Sequence record: MT446412.1
DNA from: Escherichia virus TH41
DNA length: 64,000 bases
Direction: 5' to 3' (one strand)
Shown: in pieces, positions 54,237 through 64,000 of the stretch
Numbering within the stretch: the first letter of the stretch is position 1
How the letters are laid out: the number at the start of each line of letters is the position of its first letter
The notes under the pieces: model-generated
The model's database searches: none
Told to the model about the DNA's origin: nothing
The model's input: the letters and a program-made list of their open reading frames with translations, nothing else
Position numbers and translations under genes: made by a program

Positions 54237-55016
54237 CTATAACCATGAGCCGTAAATTGTGCCTGTAGCACCCCATGATGGGGAGGAACCGAATACTGCT
54301 CTACCAGGAGCACCACCACCCGACCTGGATAAGTTATTACCCCATCCATTGCCACCAGCGCCTCCAGCATCACCGCCATTGCCACCGCCAAATTGGCTTG
54401 CATTACCACCGCCACCTGGACCATCATAACTAGCATTGCCGCCTGGCCAATTAACACCACCGCCGCCGAGACCAAATGGTCTGCCGCCACCGCCACCTGC
54501 TGTAGCATTTGCAGGCCAACTATTCTGTAATGATGCGGCACCGCCGCCACCACCACCGGAGGCTATCACACCATAATTCCAAATGCGAAGTCGTCCACCA
54601 ATATCATTTTGGATTACGTCACCACCATTAGTGCCCGGGCTTCCATTTACTGTACCGTTGCCACCTCGGCCCCACATATGAACACCACCATGAATATTCA
54701 AAGTAACATATTCGTTAGGGGTATCACCGTACATAAAGAACAACGGAACATCTTTAGTATATGATACTAAGTTGCCTGTGATATTAAACACTATAGGAGC
54801 ACCGCCGGCTTCAAAGCAACGGTCTCTAAACCATTGCCCGTTAAAGTTGTGGTCCGCACCAAGTGTGTGAATAATCTCACGGGACCGACCAGCAAATTGC
54901 GACATTGATACCGGTAGTCCCAATCTTAACTGTCCAGCCGCTGCAGACATCCATCGCTGGCCTGTTTCAGCCACTGCTGATGTTCCAATCCAACCAGGAA
55001 TTCCTACTACTGCCAT
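54237..55016 (-). CDS. 38: Tail fibre adhesin gp38 (T2-type, glycine-rich motifs)
   Basis: 259 aa; N-terminus [24 protein letters not shown], poly-Gly blocks; follows gene 37. Confidence 0.85.
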   Translation of the reverse strand: MAVVGIPGWIGTSAVAETGQRWMSAAAGQLRLGLPVSMSQFAGRSREIIHTLGADHNFNGQWFRDRCFEAGGAPIVFNITGNLVSYTKDVPLFFMYGDTPNEYVTLNIHGGVHMWGRGGNGTVNGSPGTNGGDVIQNDIGGRLRIWNYGVIASGGGGGGAASLQNSWPANATAGGGGGRPFGLGGGGVNWPGGNASYDGPGGGGNASQFGGGNGGDAGGAGGNGWGNNLSRSGGGAPGRAVFGSSPSWGATGTIYGSWL

Positions 55017-55027
55017 AAAAACCTCCA

Positions 55028-55041
55028 GGGCCCGAAGGCCC
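55028..55041 (-). promoter_or_regulatory. UUCG-tetraloop hairpin (GGGCC-UUCG-GGCCC) between genes 37 and 38
   Basis: Read on minus strand; followed by SD GGAGG and gene 38 ATG, no U-tract. Confidence 0.55.
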
Positions 55042-55045
55042 TTTC

Positions 55046-58000
55046 TTATAATAATGATTTAATTAATGCTTTCAACTCAGCAATTTCAGATTTCAATTCC
55101 TTGATTTCGTCAGTATGCTCGTTGATAGTAGCAGTATTTAAACCGATAATACCGTTATAGTTTAAACGAAGTAAGCCGGTCTCTTTATCTTCAGTCACAA
55201 GTTCAGGCAATACTTCTTGAACTTCCTGAGCAATTAAACCAGCAGACGGTTTAACTTCATCTGTGACAGAGTTTTTAAGCAGATAAGTATAACCGCCTAA
55301 GAGTTTAGATTTCTCTTGGGCATTTTCTATAAGCTTAATTTCTGACTTACAGCGAATATCAGAACGGATATAAACGTCGTTAACATCGATGTTGTCACGA
55401 ACATACATACCGGCGTTAACGTTTAGAAACTTATTTTGCTCGGTCGTAATACCGCCAGCTTCCCAGAAAAATACACTCTGCGCATTAGCATACGCGCCTA
55501 GACTACCATCACCTCTAGTAGCAAGACCTGTATCGTTATCGCCAATAGCAATAGAAGCATTTGGTAATGAACATGATGTACCAATGCCCATTCGAGACGC
55601 AGCATTCAAAGCATTAGGGGCGGTTAAGGTGCCGTCGGCGCCAAAAACGTATATCGCATTAGGATGGCTTGCATCGCCGCTTTCAGCAGAACCCACACGA
55701 ATAACAGCAGAACCCCAGGTAGCCGCTCCACCTAATCGAATAATACCGAAGTCTGCTTTAGTAGAATATCCTTCAGTAGCTAGAGTGCTTTTTCCTTTGA
55801 TAATTGGCATATAACTATCTTTAGGAACGGATTCACCAAAGTCAACGAAATAAGGAGCTTCTGTTTGCCATTGGTTTCCGTAACCATGACCTTGAGTATT
55901 AACCCATGCTCGACCGTTAACATACATGCGATAATAATTCATTTGCATTGCCAGACCAGCACCAGAAAGGTCTACGTTGAATTCACCGTTATTGGTGATA
56001 TACAGGCCACAGTTAGTAGCATAGCTGTAAAGGCCTATTCCATTATCGCTGCCACCTTTACCGACATACCAGTTGCCGGTACCATTTACATCAGAACGGA
56101 TATGTGAACTATTACCTGTAGTTGTTCTTAATACTAAAGCATCACCAGGGGCTTCTATTGTCAGCTTGCCTGTCATTGTATCGCCTTCTTTAGCAACACG
56201 AGTAGCAATGGCATCGCGAATATTAGTTACATCGCCTGCTGAAGTAAACGTTTTCCAAATATCGGACCAGATATTACCATTTCGGGCAATAGTAGCTTCA
56301 CCACCACCAACCTGCACGTTATCGGGGAAGTTAACTGTACCATCGGCATTAAATCTTGAGGTATGACCTTCGGTCCCGTCTTCTTTAAGATGGTGTAAAA
56401 CAAAAGTCCCGGAATTAATTTCAGTACCTAAAGACCAAACAGCTTTTCCTTGTAAGAATTTCTGCTTAACAATAGGATAATATTTACTTACTGCGGCATC
56501 ATCAATTTCTTGGAAAATAGGAGCTGCTTGTGCATATTGAATATCGTAACCGCCTGCACCAGCCCCATGACCAACAAATTTAATATAGCCGTTTGCTGCG
56601 AACGTATTGTAACTTGATTGTAAATCTGGAATAGTAACTTTACCAGTATCTAAAGCCATACTAAATGGGCGAAGTGGACCGATATCACCGCCCTGTCCTT
56701 CACCAAACGCTGTAGGAATAATATGAAGACTTCCTTCTGAGCGACGGAAAATAGCACCGTAATCGTCGTTCCAAATTCTAAGGGCATTAACAGCATTACC
56801 TGCAATTTCACCATGTGCGCTGATTGTACCATCAAATGTAGCATTTTTTACTACGGTCAGGTTTTCATTAACAATCTGGGAGCCATTTAGAACCGATTCG
56901 ACTTTACCAGCAGTTGTTCGTTGAATATATTGCATCCAGCTAGTAGCATCAGATATTTCCATTACGTTTTTGCGAGTACCGTCTACAGTGGTAAAAGTAT
57001 CGCCCCAAACGCGTATATTCATATTATCGACAGAGCTTTGACCAGACGTATAGCTACTAAACAGTAAGGTTGAAGCATTACTGCGGCCGTCGATATTAAT
57101 TAAACCGCCAATCACATCGATATTACCCGGAGTAACCAACAAACCACCCGTGGTGTTAATGTTTGTAGTGCCTTTACCACGAAAATAGTGGTGATATGCT
57201 CCACCTTGATAATATCCTAAAAGAGTTTGTCCATCACCGAAGGCATTATTATCATGATAAGTAACAACGGTACCAAGCGCATAGTTTTCTGTCGGCGGCG
57301 TAGTTAAATCGTTACCGTTTACAGAATAACCCATGACCATTTTTCTAAGGCTTACAGTTGATTCAGGGCTGTAAAGGAAAGTTCTCGTACCATTGTTTAC
57401 TGCATAGAAATAACCATCTTGGTACCATTTTAACCCGGTGTCATTATCACCAAGAGCAATAGAACCCTTACCTAAGGCTGAATATGTCATAGGCCCTGAT
57501 TCCATACCCACTGCAATCGAATGTCCAGCTTGAAAACCACCTGAATAAGCAAAAGATAACATATAATCAGTAGGGGTTGAACCAGAATACCAACTGATAC
57601 CGTTATTTTCACAAATTTCATGGAGCATTGCGGCGGCTGCATCAGTACGCACAACACGTAAATTATTTTTATCTGTGTTAGAATTATTATTTGCTAATGA
57701 ATAGATATCATAATCACCAGCTTTCTTACCATTTGTAATAACTTTATCAGTCAGAATTTGTGGGGATGAAATAGATTTCCATGCTGATACTTCAGGTGAA
57801 GTAAATTGACCATTGCCTGAAAACGCGTAAGTGCTTTCGCTACCAGCGGCATAATCTTGCACTCGTATATTAACTACCTGAGTTGTCAAACCCGCATTGT
57901 TAGGAGAAAAGATAATACCGCGTTCGCGTGATGCACCATCAAAAAAACGAAGATGCGAAGTCGATGCACTCTTAGAAATAAGTTCACCACCTTCAGTCAT

Positions 58001-58312
58001 TATCTGACCCGCGGCAATAATATCGCGAGCTACACGAGCAATGCCGGTTAAATTAAAATCACCAGTTTGGGTAAAAGTACCATTCAGGGTATAATCACCA
58101 GTTTGATTGTAATTACCGTTATGAATAACATTACCATCAATATTACCGCCTTTGGCAAAACCAAGGTCGATAATGGCGCCGGTGTCATCTTTAGTAAAAA
58201 GTAAGCGGTCTTTCAGGTTGATAGCCAGTTCACCTTCAGCAAGAACTGTTGGCGCCGGACGAACGCCGGCAACCTTACTTCTTTTAAATTGTATTTGTTT
58301 TAAAGTAGCCAT
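55046..58312 (-). CDS. 37: Long tail fibre distal subunit gp37
   Basis: 1088 aa; N-terminus [36 protein letters not shown] matches remembered T4 gp37; C-terminus differs. Confidence 0.93.
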   Translation of the reverse strand: MATLKQIQFKRSKVAGVRPAPTVLAEGELAINLKDRLLFTKDDTGAIIDLGFAKGGNIDGNVIHNGNYNQTGDYTLNGTFTQTGDFNLTGIARVARDIIAAGQIMTEGGELISKSASTSHLRFFDGASRERGIIFSPNNAGLTTQVVNIRVQDYAAGSESTYAFSGNGQFTSPEVSAWKSISSPQILTDKVITNGKKAGDYDIYSLANNNSNTDKNNLRVVRTDAAAAMLHEICENNGISWYSGSTPTDYMLSFAYSGGFQAGHSIAVGMESGPMTYSALGKGSIALGDNDTGLKWYQDGYFYAVNNGTRTFLYSPESTVSLRKMVMGYSVNGNDLTTPPTENYALGTVVTYHDNNAFGDGQTLLGYYQGGAYHHYFRGKGTTNINTTGGLLVTPGNIDVIGGLINIDGRSNASTLLFSSYTSGQSSVDNMNIRVWGDTFTTVDGTRKNVMEISDATSWMQYIQRTTAGKVESVLNGSQIVNENLTVVKNATFDGTISAHGEIAGNAVNALRIWNDDYGAIFRRSEGSLHIIPTAFGEGQGGDIGPLRPFSMALDTGKVTIPDLQSSYNTFAANGYIKFVGHGAGAGGYDIQYAQAAPIFQEIDDAAVSKYYPIVKQKFLQGKAVWSLGTEINSGTFVLHHLKEDGTEGHTSRFNADGTVNFPDNVQVGGGEATIARNGNIWSDIWKTFTSAGDVTNIRDAIATRVAKEGDTMTGKLTIEAPGDALVLRTTTGNSSHIRSDVNGTGNWYVGKGGSDNGIGLYSYATNCGLYITNNGEFNVDLSGAGLAMQMNYYRMYVNGRAWVNTQGHGYGNQWQTEAPYFVDFGESVPKDSYMPIIKGKSTLATEGYSTKADFGIIRLGGAATWGSAVIRVGSAESGDASHPNAIYVFGADGTLTAPNALNAASRMGIGTSCSLPNASIAIGDNDTGLATRGDGSLGAYANAQSVFFWEAGGITTEQNKFLNVNAGMYVRDNIDVNDVYIRSDIRCKSEIKLIENAQEKSKLLGGYTYLLKNSVTDEVKPSAGLIAQEVQEVLPELVTEDKETGLLRLNYNGIIGLNTATINEHTDEIKELKSEIAELKALIKSLL
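55049..55363 (-). other. C-terminal intramolecular chaperone / autoproteolysis domain (peptidase S74-like) of gp37
   Basis: Motifs [11 protein letters not shown] and [15 protein letters not shown] in last 105 residues. Confidence 0.6.
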
Positions 58313-58320
58313 AATGCCTC

Positions 58321-58968
58321 TTAATAATATCCAAAATCTTGTACGGAGTCTTTAAGAACGATTTGGTCAAAACGAGGCACATGGGCCGGGTCTGATGCTG
58401 GGTTCCTAGAGAAGAAATTAGGTGCTGACAAGTTACCTGTCATTGTTTGCAATGTACTATTATTTAGTTCTACCTGTTGCTGGTTAGTTACATTACCAAG
58501 ACCAACTTGAGCTTTTGACGGAGTATTCCCTGGAGAAAATACACGACCTGTTTCATCATAAATTTGTCGAGCTAACGTATCACCCATAACAGTAAGACGT
58601 TTTGCTCCTGTCGTAGTATCAGGGTCAAAAATAACAAATGGTGTTCCCGTTTCAGTCTCAAATCCGAATGGTCCTTTAATACGGAAAGATGCTGTAAATG
58701 GTGTTCCGCCTGTTCTTGCTCCTAACTTAATCCCGTAACCATTTGAATCGTTAAATGTCAGACCCTGTTCGAAATACACATTTGCTTTATAATTACCACC
58801 CAGAGCTTTAGAAACAAAATCGTTATCGACTGCTTGTGGCTTGTTATATTCGGAATAAATTTTATAAGTTTTGAAATATAAGTCATTACTGACTGGTGTT
58901 AATGGGAAATTACCCTGGTGCCAGAGGACCGAACCTCCGGCTGTTGAGCCTAGTTTTAAATCTGCCAT
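58321..58968 (-). CDS. 36: Long tail fibre distal connector gp36
   Basis: 215 aa; N-terminus MADLKLGSTAGGSVLWHQGNFPL and C-terminus PRFDQIVLKDSVQDFGYY match remembered T4 gp36. Confidence 0.92.
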   Translation of the reverse strand: MADLKLGSTAGGSVLWHQGNFPLTPVSNDLYFKTYKIYSEYNKPQAVDNDFVSKALGGNYKANVYFEQGLTFNDSNGYGIKLGARTGGTPFTASFRIKGPFGFETETGTPFVIFDPDTTTGAKRLTVMGDTLARQIYDETGRVFSPGNTPSKAQVGLGNVTNQQQVELNNSTLQTMTGNLSAPNFFSRNPASDPAHVPRFDQIVLKDSVQDFGYY

Positions 58969-59003
58969 TTATAAGTCCTCTTCAACCGGCATATGATATT
59001 TTG

Positions 59004-59011
59004 TATTTATA
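59004..59011 (-). promoter_or_regulatory. Late promoter TATAAATA upstream of gene 36
   Basis: Exact TATAAATA on minus strand about 35 nt upstream of gene 36 ATG. Confidence 0.6.
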
Positions 59012-59014
59012 ACG

Positions 59015-59036
59015 AAAAAAGGACTCCGAAGAGTCC
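59015..59036 (-). terminator. Rho-independent terminator after gene 35 (GGACUC-UUCG-GAGUCC + U6)
   Basis: Read on minus strand; hairpin plus U-run. Confidence 0.7.
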
Positions 59037-60166
59037 TATTGTTTTTCTCGTAGTTCGGCTGCGTATATCTTGCCGGCTCTTGGAGCTTGCGCATCCGGGA
59101 ATGTTACAATTGTATTGCCTGTATTTGTTGCATCGTTTGCATATGACATCCTTATGCCGTTGACACCAAATTCAGCCGGTTTGAACGCAGAGTCACCTCT
59201 GGTTATCTCACCAATAACAATATTGCGTATTGACCCAGTTCCGGTAGCTACAGTTCTTGATGTTACTACTGTAAAGCCATCAGCTCCTGGCGGAATCTCG
59301 ACATATCTTTCGAAACTCGCCCAAGCCCCGGCAGGAATGTTTGCTGCGATATCGATGTTTGTATTTGATATCGGCGAAGTGCTGGGGCTTTTAAAGAATC
59401 GAACCGAAGTCCTTACGGTCCCCGCAGCTTTCAGTGCAGCGTCAAATGACATCTGAAACTTCAAGTAAAGCACATCCAAAGGTAAAAGGTTATAGGTGTC
59501 CATAGGAGTCACCAGGTCCTCTGTGGGGAACCTTTTAATTGTGGTTGATGTTCCATCACCTGTTGATGAATACGTGCTCTCGTCTTCCGTTATGCGTACA
59601 GGATAGCCTGTTGCTCCTATATCACTAAAGGTATCATAAATGACTTCAAGCGGAGTCGAAACATCCTCAACTAACTTCCCGTCATTATACTTAACATGCT
59701 CCGAAACAATTACATTCCGGCCGGTTATGTAAAAAGCCGAGTACGATGTATCAACTTTATCAATCAGCCATTTATCTGGGAATGCTCTTGAACCACATTT
59801 ACGGAACCAATCAATTAATGGCTGTGATGCGTTTAGTTTCCCTGAAGAAATAAAAGCAATCAATCTTCCGGCTGGAACAGATTCCACAAAGGTGATTAAT
59901 GCCTGACTGATTGCATCATGTGTGCTAGTTAATGAATAGTTTTTCGTGTTAACAATTTTATTCGTAGTTGTATCAATTTCCAATAGAGTCAGACCATTAC
60001 CAAAAGTAGTTGGTCCAATTCGTTCATCCTGAAATTTGATATACGATTTCACCGTGGAAAGAGTACAGCTCCCTGCTATACTCATTTTAAATTTAACGGC
60101 ATTATTTTCTGATATAACTGGCGTTTGGACGTATCCTTGTCCAAACTCTGCCATAAATTTTTCCAT
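59036..60166 (-). CDS. 35: Long tail fibre hinge connector gp35
   Basis: 376 aa; N-terminus MEKFMAEFGQGYVQTP and KPAEFGVNGIR block match remembered T4 gp35. Confidence 0.92.
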   Translation of the reverse strand: MEKFMAEFGQGYVQTPVISENNAVKFKMSIAGSCTLSTVKSYIKFQDERIGPTTFGNGLTLLEIDTTTNKIVNTKNYSLTSTHDAISQALITFVESVPAGRLIAFISSGKLNASQPLIDWFRKCGSRAFPDKWLIDKVDTSYSAFYITGRNVIVSEHVKYNDGKLVEDVSTPLEVIYDTFSDIGATGYPVRITEDESTYSSTGDGTSTTIKRFPTEDLVTPMDTYNLLPLDVLYLKFQMSFDAALKAAGTVRTSVRFFKSPSTSPISNTNIDIAANIPAGAWASFERYVEIPPGADGFTVVTSRTVATGTGSIRNIVIGEITRGDSAFKPAEFGVNGIRMSYANDATNTGNTIVTFPDAQAPRAGKIYAAELREKQ

Positions 60167-60174
60167 ATTACCTC

Positions 60175-63100
60175 TTATTCAATCCATTCAAACTTAACGG
60201 ATTTAGTGGTCGGGTCTGGGATGATACGCACGTTACCGATACGCAACCAATCAAGAATGGTTAAGTTCCCCATCGTTGTGTTGTCAGCCGGTAATGCGCC
60301 AACATCCTCTGCAGACGGAGGGTTATCCGCGGTATAAACCATTGCGAAAGTCGTCCATGCTGATTTATTTTTCTGCCATGTACGAGTATAACGAATAGTA
60401 CCACCGTTCAATCCAGTTGGATAACAAACCCAATCTTGATAGCACGAATCCAGCGTATTACCAAACTGAGTCAATGTACCAGGATATTTAATTTGTTTAT
60501 CACGAACTGAATAGTCAAACCAGGTTCCGCGCAGTTTCTGTCCGGAGCTACCTAATACTTCATCACCGAGTGTACCATCATCAGTACGATAACGAATAGC
60601 GGGCGAGGCAAAAGTTCCGTTTTCAGTTAACCAACCAGAAGCATTCCAAACTTCATCAGTTACCCCAGCAGGTTTAGTTTGAACCGTATCAATGTTTACT
60701 TGACGTTTTAACTTCATTGTCCAATAACCAGGGAACTGGCTATAAGTCGGTTCATCATTGATATCGACAGACCAGAAACCAACAGTATCCGCAGTCGGAG
60801 CTTGTGCGATAAGACTTGGTTTCGTACCGAATACACGGACCGGAGCATTCACACGGAGCACACCAGACATTGTATCACCGGCTTGGTTAACAAAGTTTCT
60901 ATCTACAATCTCAACAGCGTTTTTCTCGGTCAGGACTTTAAATGCGCCGCCACCATTTGCTATGATATTGCCAGCATCAAGAGTTTTAAGCACTAAATTC
61001 TGCGAGTTATCACCCAGAGCCAGAGTTGCACCAGAAGCTTCACCCGTTGTGGTTGCGATAGTACGACCATTTAGAACGTAATTATTTTTGGCTTGAACAT
61101 CATTTCCGGCGCTAAGGTTGTTCAATACAGCAGCATTACCCGAGGCGGTGTTTAATGTCAATACGTTAGTCGTATCGCCAATAGTCATTGTCGTTCCGGT
61201 GGAAGGAGCGGTGATTTTCCACTTGTTAGTTCCGTTAACAACATTCACAGTTCCGAACGTCGAAGTGCCAGCCGTTACATCAGTAAACACTGCAGTGCTC
61301 GTCGATACAACCGGAGCAGATATATTTGTCTGTTTAGTAAGAGTTAACACACCTTCAACAGTCTGAGCAATATCACGACGAATAAACTGGGTCGAATCAA
61401 GGTTATCCAGTTTTTCAGCATTAACAGCCATCGCATTTATCGGTAAGAAGTTTTGCAATACGCGGTTTAATTCGTAAGGCGAAACTGCATAACCAGATTT
61501 TGAATAGCTAACCAGTTTACTTGGGTCCGGAGTATACACACCATTTGCATATGTAAATCCTGCACCAGTCGTTGTAGTTGCGGCCGAAGTAGCTGTACCA
61601 GAAGATAAACGAACAAATCCACGTAGGGTTTCAGATGCTTCCCAGGTTGTTTCCGTTTGGGCAATATATTTCAGCGCCGACGGACTGATGGCCAAGACTT
61701 TTGATGTGCCTGCTGTTGCTTCTGCGTTTGTCGCGATGCGAACAATACCTTCGGCATTTTCAGTGGCTTTTTTCGACATCAATTTAAGCGGAGTAACGAT
61801 TGTTTTATCGTCAGTGCCGGTATTGACTTCACCCTGAGTTGCTAATCTTGCCGTACCACGTTGAGTCTCATTTGCTTCAAGAATATTCAGGCTATAATGG
61901 TCCCAGAGCGTCCCTGTTTCTACTAAACCACTTAATGCATTAACAGAAGTGCGAGCAGTATTATTAAATCTAGTTTTAATTTTTAATGGAGTTGAGATAC
62001 GAGTATCATCAGTTCCAGTATCAAATTCTGATTGCGTAGCAATCTCGGCTATGCCGGTTAACGTTTCTGATGCTTTACGGTCATTTAACGTTTTAGGAGT
62101 CACAGCTCTGGTATAATCAGTTCCTGCATCTGTTTCCACCTGAGTAGCAATCTCGATTAAACCGATACGGGAATCAAGAGCAGTTTTGCGATGCAACATT
62201 TCTGGAGTAACGACTGCGTTTGCCCATCCAGATTGAGAAGTACCAGCAATTACTTCACTTTCAACCGCAAGAATAACCGCACCTTGTTGGGTGTAAGTAG
62301 CTTTATACTGGTCAAGAGCTTTCGGAGAAACAACCAGATTAACCGTATTTTTATTATAAACGTTTGTACCATTTAATTCACGCGAAGCAGCAGGAGTTGT
62401 ACCGGTTGTTGAAACGTAAGTTACAATACCAGATAGCGATTCTGAGCCCTGGCGCGCTTGCAGTTTCTTCGGAGTGATAATTGTGGTATCATCTACACCT
62501 GCATCAGTTTCTTGCTGTGTGGCGAGTTCTGCGAGCCCACGTCTCGTTTCTGTTGCCGTACGTTCATTGAGTTTTTTCGGAGAAATAATTACATCATCAA
62601 CAAATGCAAAATCACTGTTCTGATTTACTTGAGCAGTCGTTGCGATTCTGGCAATACCTCGTTGGTTCTCTTTAGCAACACGGTTGGCCAAAGTCTGAGG
62701 GGTAATTGCAAGTTCTTTCTCTGGGTTATTTTCATGGTCAACGTTTGCCTGAGTCTGGTTTGCCAGAGCAATAACACCAAGACGTGCGCGCGTGGAATCA
62801 TTTAATGAGTCAACTCGTTCAACAGTCGGAACGTTTTGAGCAACAACCCAATAACTTGTTCCAGACACTGTATCTTCTGCATATGATAATTCAATAACCG
62901 GAGTATAACTGATGTTGCCATTAAAGGTCAATGAATCAACCAACACCCAAGTTGTATCCGGTGGATACTCGGAACGTTTAGGGAATTGTAGCAATTTAAT
63001 GTCAGATGCAATCTTATCGCCAACAGCAGCTCTTATATTAACAGTCTGCGATTTACGGAGATAGTTCAATGCAATTTTAACAATATCACCTTGTAAAACA

Positions 63101-64000
63101 TTAGTTGGTAAATCGATATTAATCGTTGCTGGAGTTGAGTTATCTTCACCAAATACAATGATACTTTCGTTTGGTAAAAGTTTAACGCTGTCACGAATAA
63201 CGCGCAGACGAGTTTTAAAATCGCCATCCCAAACATACCAGAGTTTTTCGGCAGCATTATAAACGAAGAAACCATCACCTGTAGTACGGAATTCCATTTG
63301 ATGCTGACCAGCTTTACCAAGACTAGAACTGGTGTCAAAGGTTTCAACCATCAGGTGGAACGTTGGTCCCATGCCATCGATATCAACAGATTTGACAATA
63401 TCACCCTGGTTTGCATACTTAGGAAGAATGAAAGTAATCGGTGCACCAGTTGTATAACGACGCATAATAAAGTCGCCAGCTTGTGCATGGAAACGACCTG
63501 TCGATGGTTCTACTCTGATGCCACGTTCTTCGTTGCCAGCTTCCCAAAATTGCCATAAGCGGTTTGAAAAGATAAGCATGTTATAAGAGAATGGTTTGGT
63601 AATTAAAATTTCCGGATACTGATTACCAAAGCGAACAATCTTTTGGTTACCTGCCCCTGGTACGTTGCTTGACTGGATTTTAATTTCATTGTAACCAACA
63701 TTCCCACCGATATCTTTAATAACGATGGTATCACCATCAACCGGGTTTGGAGGCAATGTAAATGTGGTAAAGCTTGCAGCAGAGTCGACGGCGATAAATT
63801 CGCCCGAGTTAAGCTGACGAGTTGGAGATGCAACAGTTTCCCATTTAGGGTCAGTACGAGTTGCTAACCAATACTGAGGGGTAAATTCTCCGGCAGGAGC
63901 CGCGATATCACGTTGAGCAACCCAAATACGGTTATCGTTAATAACTACAAAGTTCTTTTTGTATCCGCGTGTTGCATCATATTGTTGAACTGTGTTTTCT
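60175..64000 (-). CDS. 34: Long tail fibre proximal subunit gp34 (N-terminus beyond window end)
   Basis: Frame open to position 64000; long identical blocks to remembered T4 gp34 incl. C-terminal GNVRIIPDP..KFEWIE. Confidence 0.93.
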   Translation of the reverse strand, partial: ENTVQQYDATRGYKKNFVVINDNRIWVAQRDIAAPAGEFTPQYWLATRTDPKWETVASPTRQLNSGEFIAVDSAASFTTFTLPPNPVDGDTIVIKDIGGNVGYNEIKIQSSNVPGAGNQKIVRFGNQYPEILITKPFSYNMLIFSNRLWQFWEAGNEERGIRVEPSTGRFHAQAGDFIMRRYTTGAPITFILPKYANQGDIVKSVDIDGMGPTFHLMVETFDTSSSLGKAGQHQMEFRTTGDGFFVYNAAEKLWYVWDGDFKTRLRVIRDSVKLLPNESIIVFGEDNSTPATINIDLPTNVLQGDIVKIALNYLRKSQTVNIRAAVGDKIASDIKLLQFPKRSEYPPDTTWVLVDSLTFNGNISYTPVIELSYAEDTVSGTSYWVVAQNVPTVERVDSLNDSTRARLGVIALANQTQANVDHENNPEKELAITPQTLANRVAKENQRGIARIATTAQVNQNSDFAFVDDVIISPKKLNERTATETRRGLAELATQQETDAGVDDTTIITPKKLQARQGSESLSGIVTYVSTTGTTPAASRELNGTNVYNKNTVNLVVSPKALDQYKATYTQQGAVILAVESEVIAGTSQSGWANAVVTPEMLHRKTALDSRIGLIEIATQVETDAGTDYTRAVTPKTLNDRKASETLTGIAEIATQSEFDTGTDDTRISTPLKIKTRFNNTARTSVNALSGLVETGTLWDHYSLNILEANETQRGTARLATQGEVNTGTDDKTIVTPLKLMSKKATENAEGIVRIATNAEATAGTSKVLAISPSALKYIAQTETTWEASETLRGFVRLSSGTATSAATTTTGAGFTYANGVYTPDPSKLVSYSKSGYAVSPYELNRVLQNFLPINAMAVNAEKLDNLDSTQFIRRDIAQTVEGVLTLTKQTNISAPVVSTSTAVFTDVTAGTSTFGTVNVVNGTNKWKITAPSTGTTMTIGDTTNVLTLNTASGNAAVLNNLSAGNDVQAKNNYVLNGRTIATTTGEASGATLALGDNSQNLVLKTLDAGNIIANGGGAFKVLTEKNAVEIVDRNFVNQAGDTMSGVLRVNAPVRVFGTKPSLIAQAPTADTVGFWSVDINDEPTYSQFPGYWTMKLKRQVNIDTVQTKPAGVTDEVWNASGWLTENGTFASPAIRYRTDDGTLGDEVLGSSGQKLRGTWFDYSVRDKQIKYPGTLTQFGNTLDSCYQDWVCYPTGLNGGTIRYTRTWQKNKSAWTTFAMVYTADNPPSAEDVGALPADNTTMGNLTILDWLRIGNVRIIPDPTTKSVKFEWIE

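Noticed and set aside
54300-54560. Low-complexity CCACCGCC-rich nucleotide repeats that might look like a repeat array
   Set aside because: They encode the glycine-rich blocks of the gp38 adhesin on the minus strand; irregular, with no spacer structure, so not CRISPR or VNTR.
55389-56366. Plus-strand ORFs (80-141 aa) inside the gp37 coding region
   Set aside because: Antisense to a strongly supported late gene; Ala/Pro-rich translations typical of reverse-frame artefacts.
60758-61366. Plus-strand ORFs inside gene 34
   Set aside because: Antisense to the tail fibre gene; no independent support.
1-64000. tRNA genes, integrase, transposase or prophage attachment sites
   Set aside because: None seen by eye; no cloverleaf-compatible conserved tRNA motifs, and all large ORFs are accounted for by phage replication or structural functions. 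This is an unaided negative and should be confirmed with tRNAscan-SE.

Overview
This window reads as a 64-kb segment of a T4-like (Tevenvirinae-type) myovirus genome, reverse-complemented relative to the conventional T4 map. All assignments are by eye from the translated ORFs and the raw sequence; no database search was run, and all coordinates and repeat spacings were hand-counted. The + strand carries a near-continuous early/middle gene block with T4 synteny: nrdC(3' end)-49-nrdD-nrdG-nrdH-55-47-46-rpbA-45-44-62-regA-43-imm-uvsX-41-61-56-soc-modA/modB-like-dda-dexA-39(fused 39+60)-rIIA-rIIB-ndd-52-motA-asiA. From 53.5 kb the - strand carries the late lysis/tail-fibre block: holin t, gp38 (T2-type glycine-rich adhesin), gp37, gp36, gp35 and gp34 (N-terminus beyond the window end). 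Between the conserved genes lie many small ORFs, often chained by ATGA/TAATG stop-start overlaps. I found no tRNA genes, CRISPR arrays, introns, homing endonucleases or transposases. The most notable non-coding signal is a dispersed family of at least 16 early-promoter cassettes (GTGTAC-N17/18-TATAAT-like, often with a stem-loop and a conserved leader), resembling the PeSL elements described in T4-type phages. Near-identical short direct repeats sit at several gene junctions in the variable regions. Departures from T4 synteny are: no alpha-gt, beta-gt, gene 42 or dam in their usual slots although the gp56 dCTPase is retained; a lipoprotein gene between imm and uvsX; and a - strand pair of paralogous small membrane proteins between gene 61 and gene 56. 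I see no single clearly novel multi-gene system; the candidates worth testing are listed as findings.
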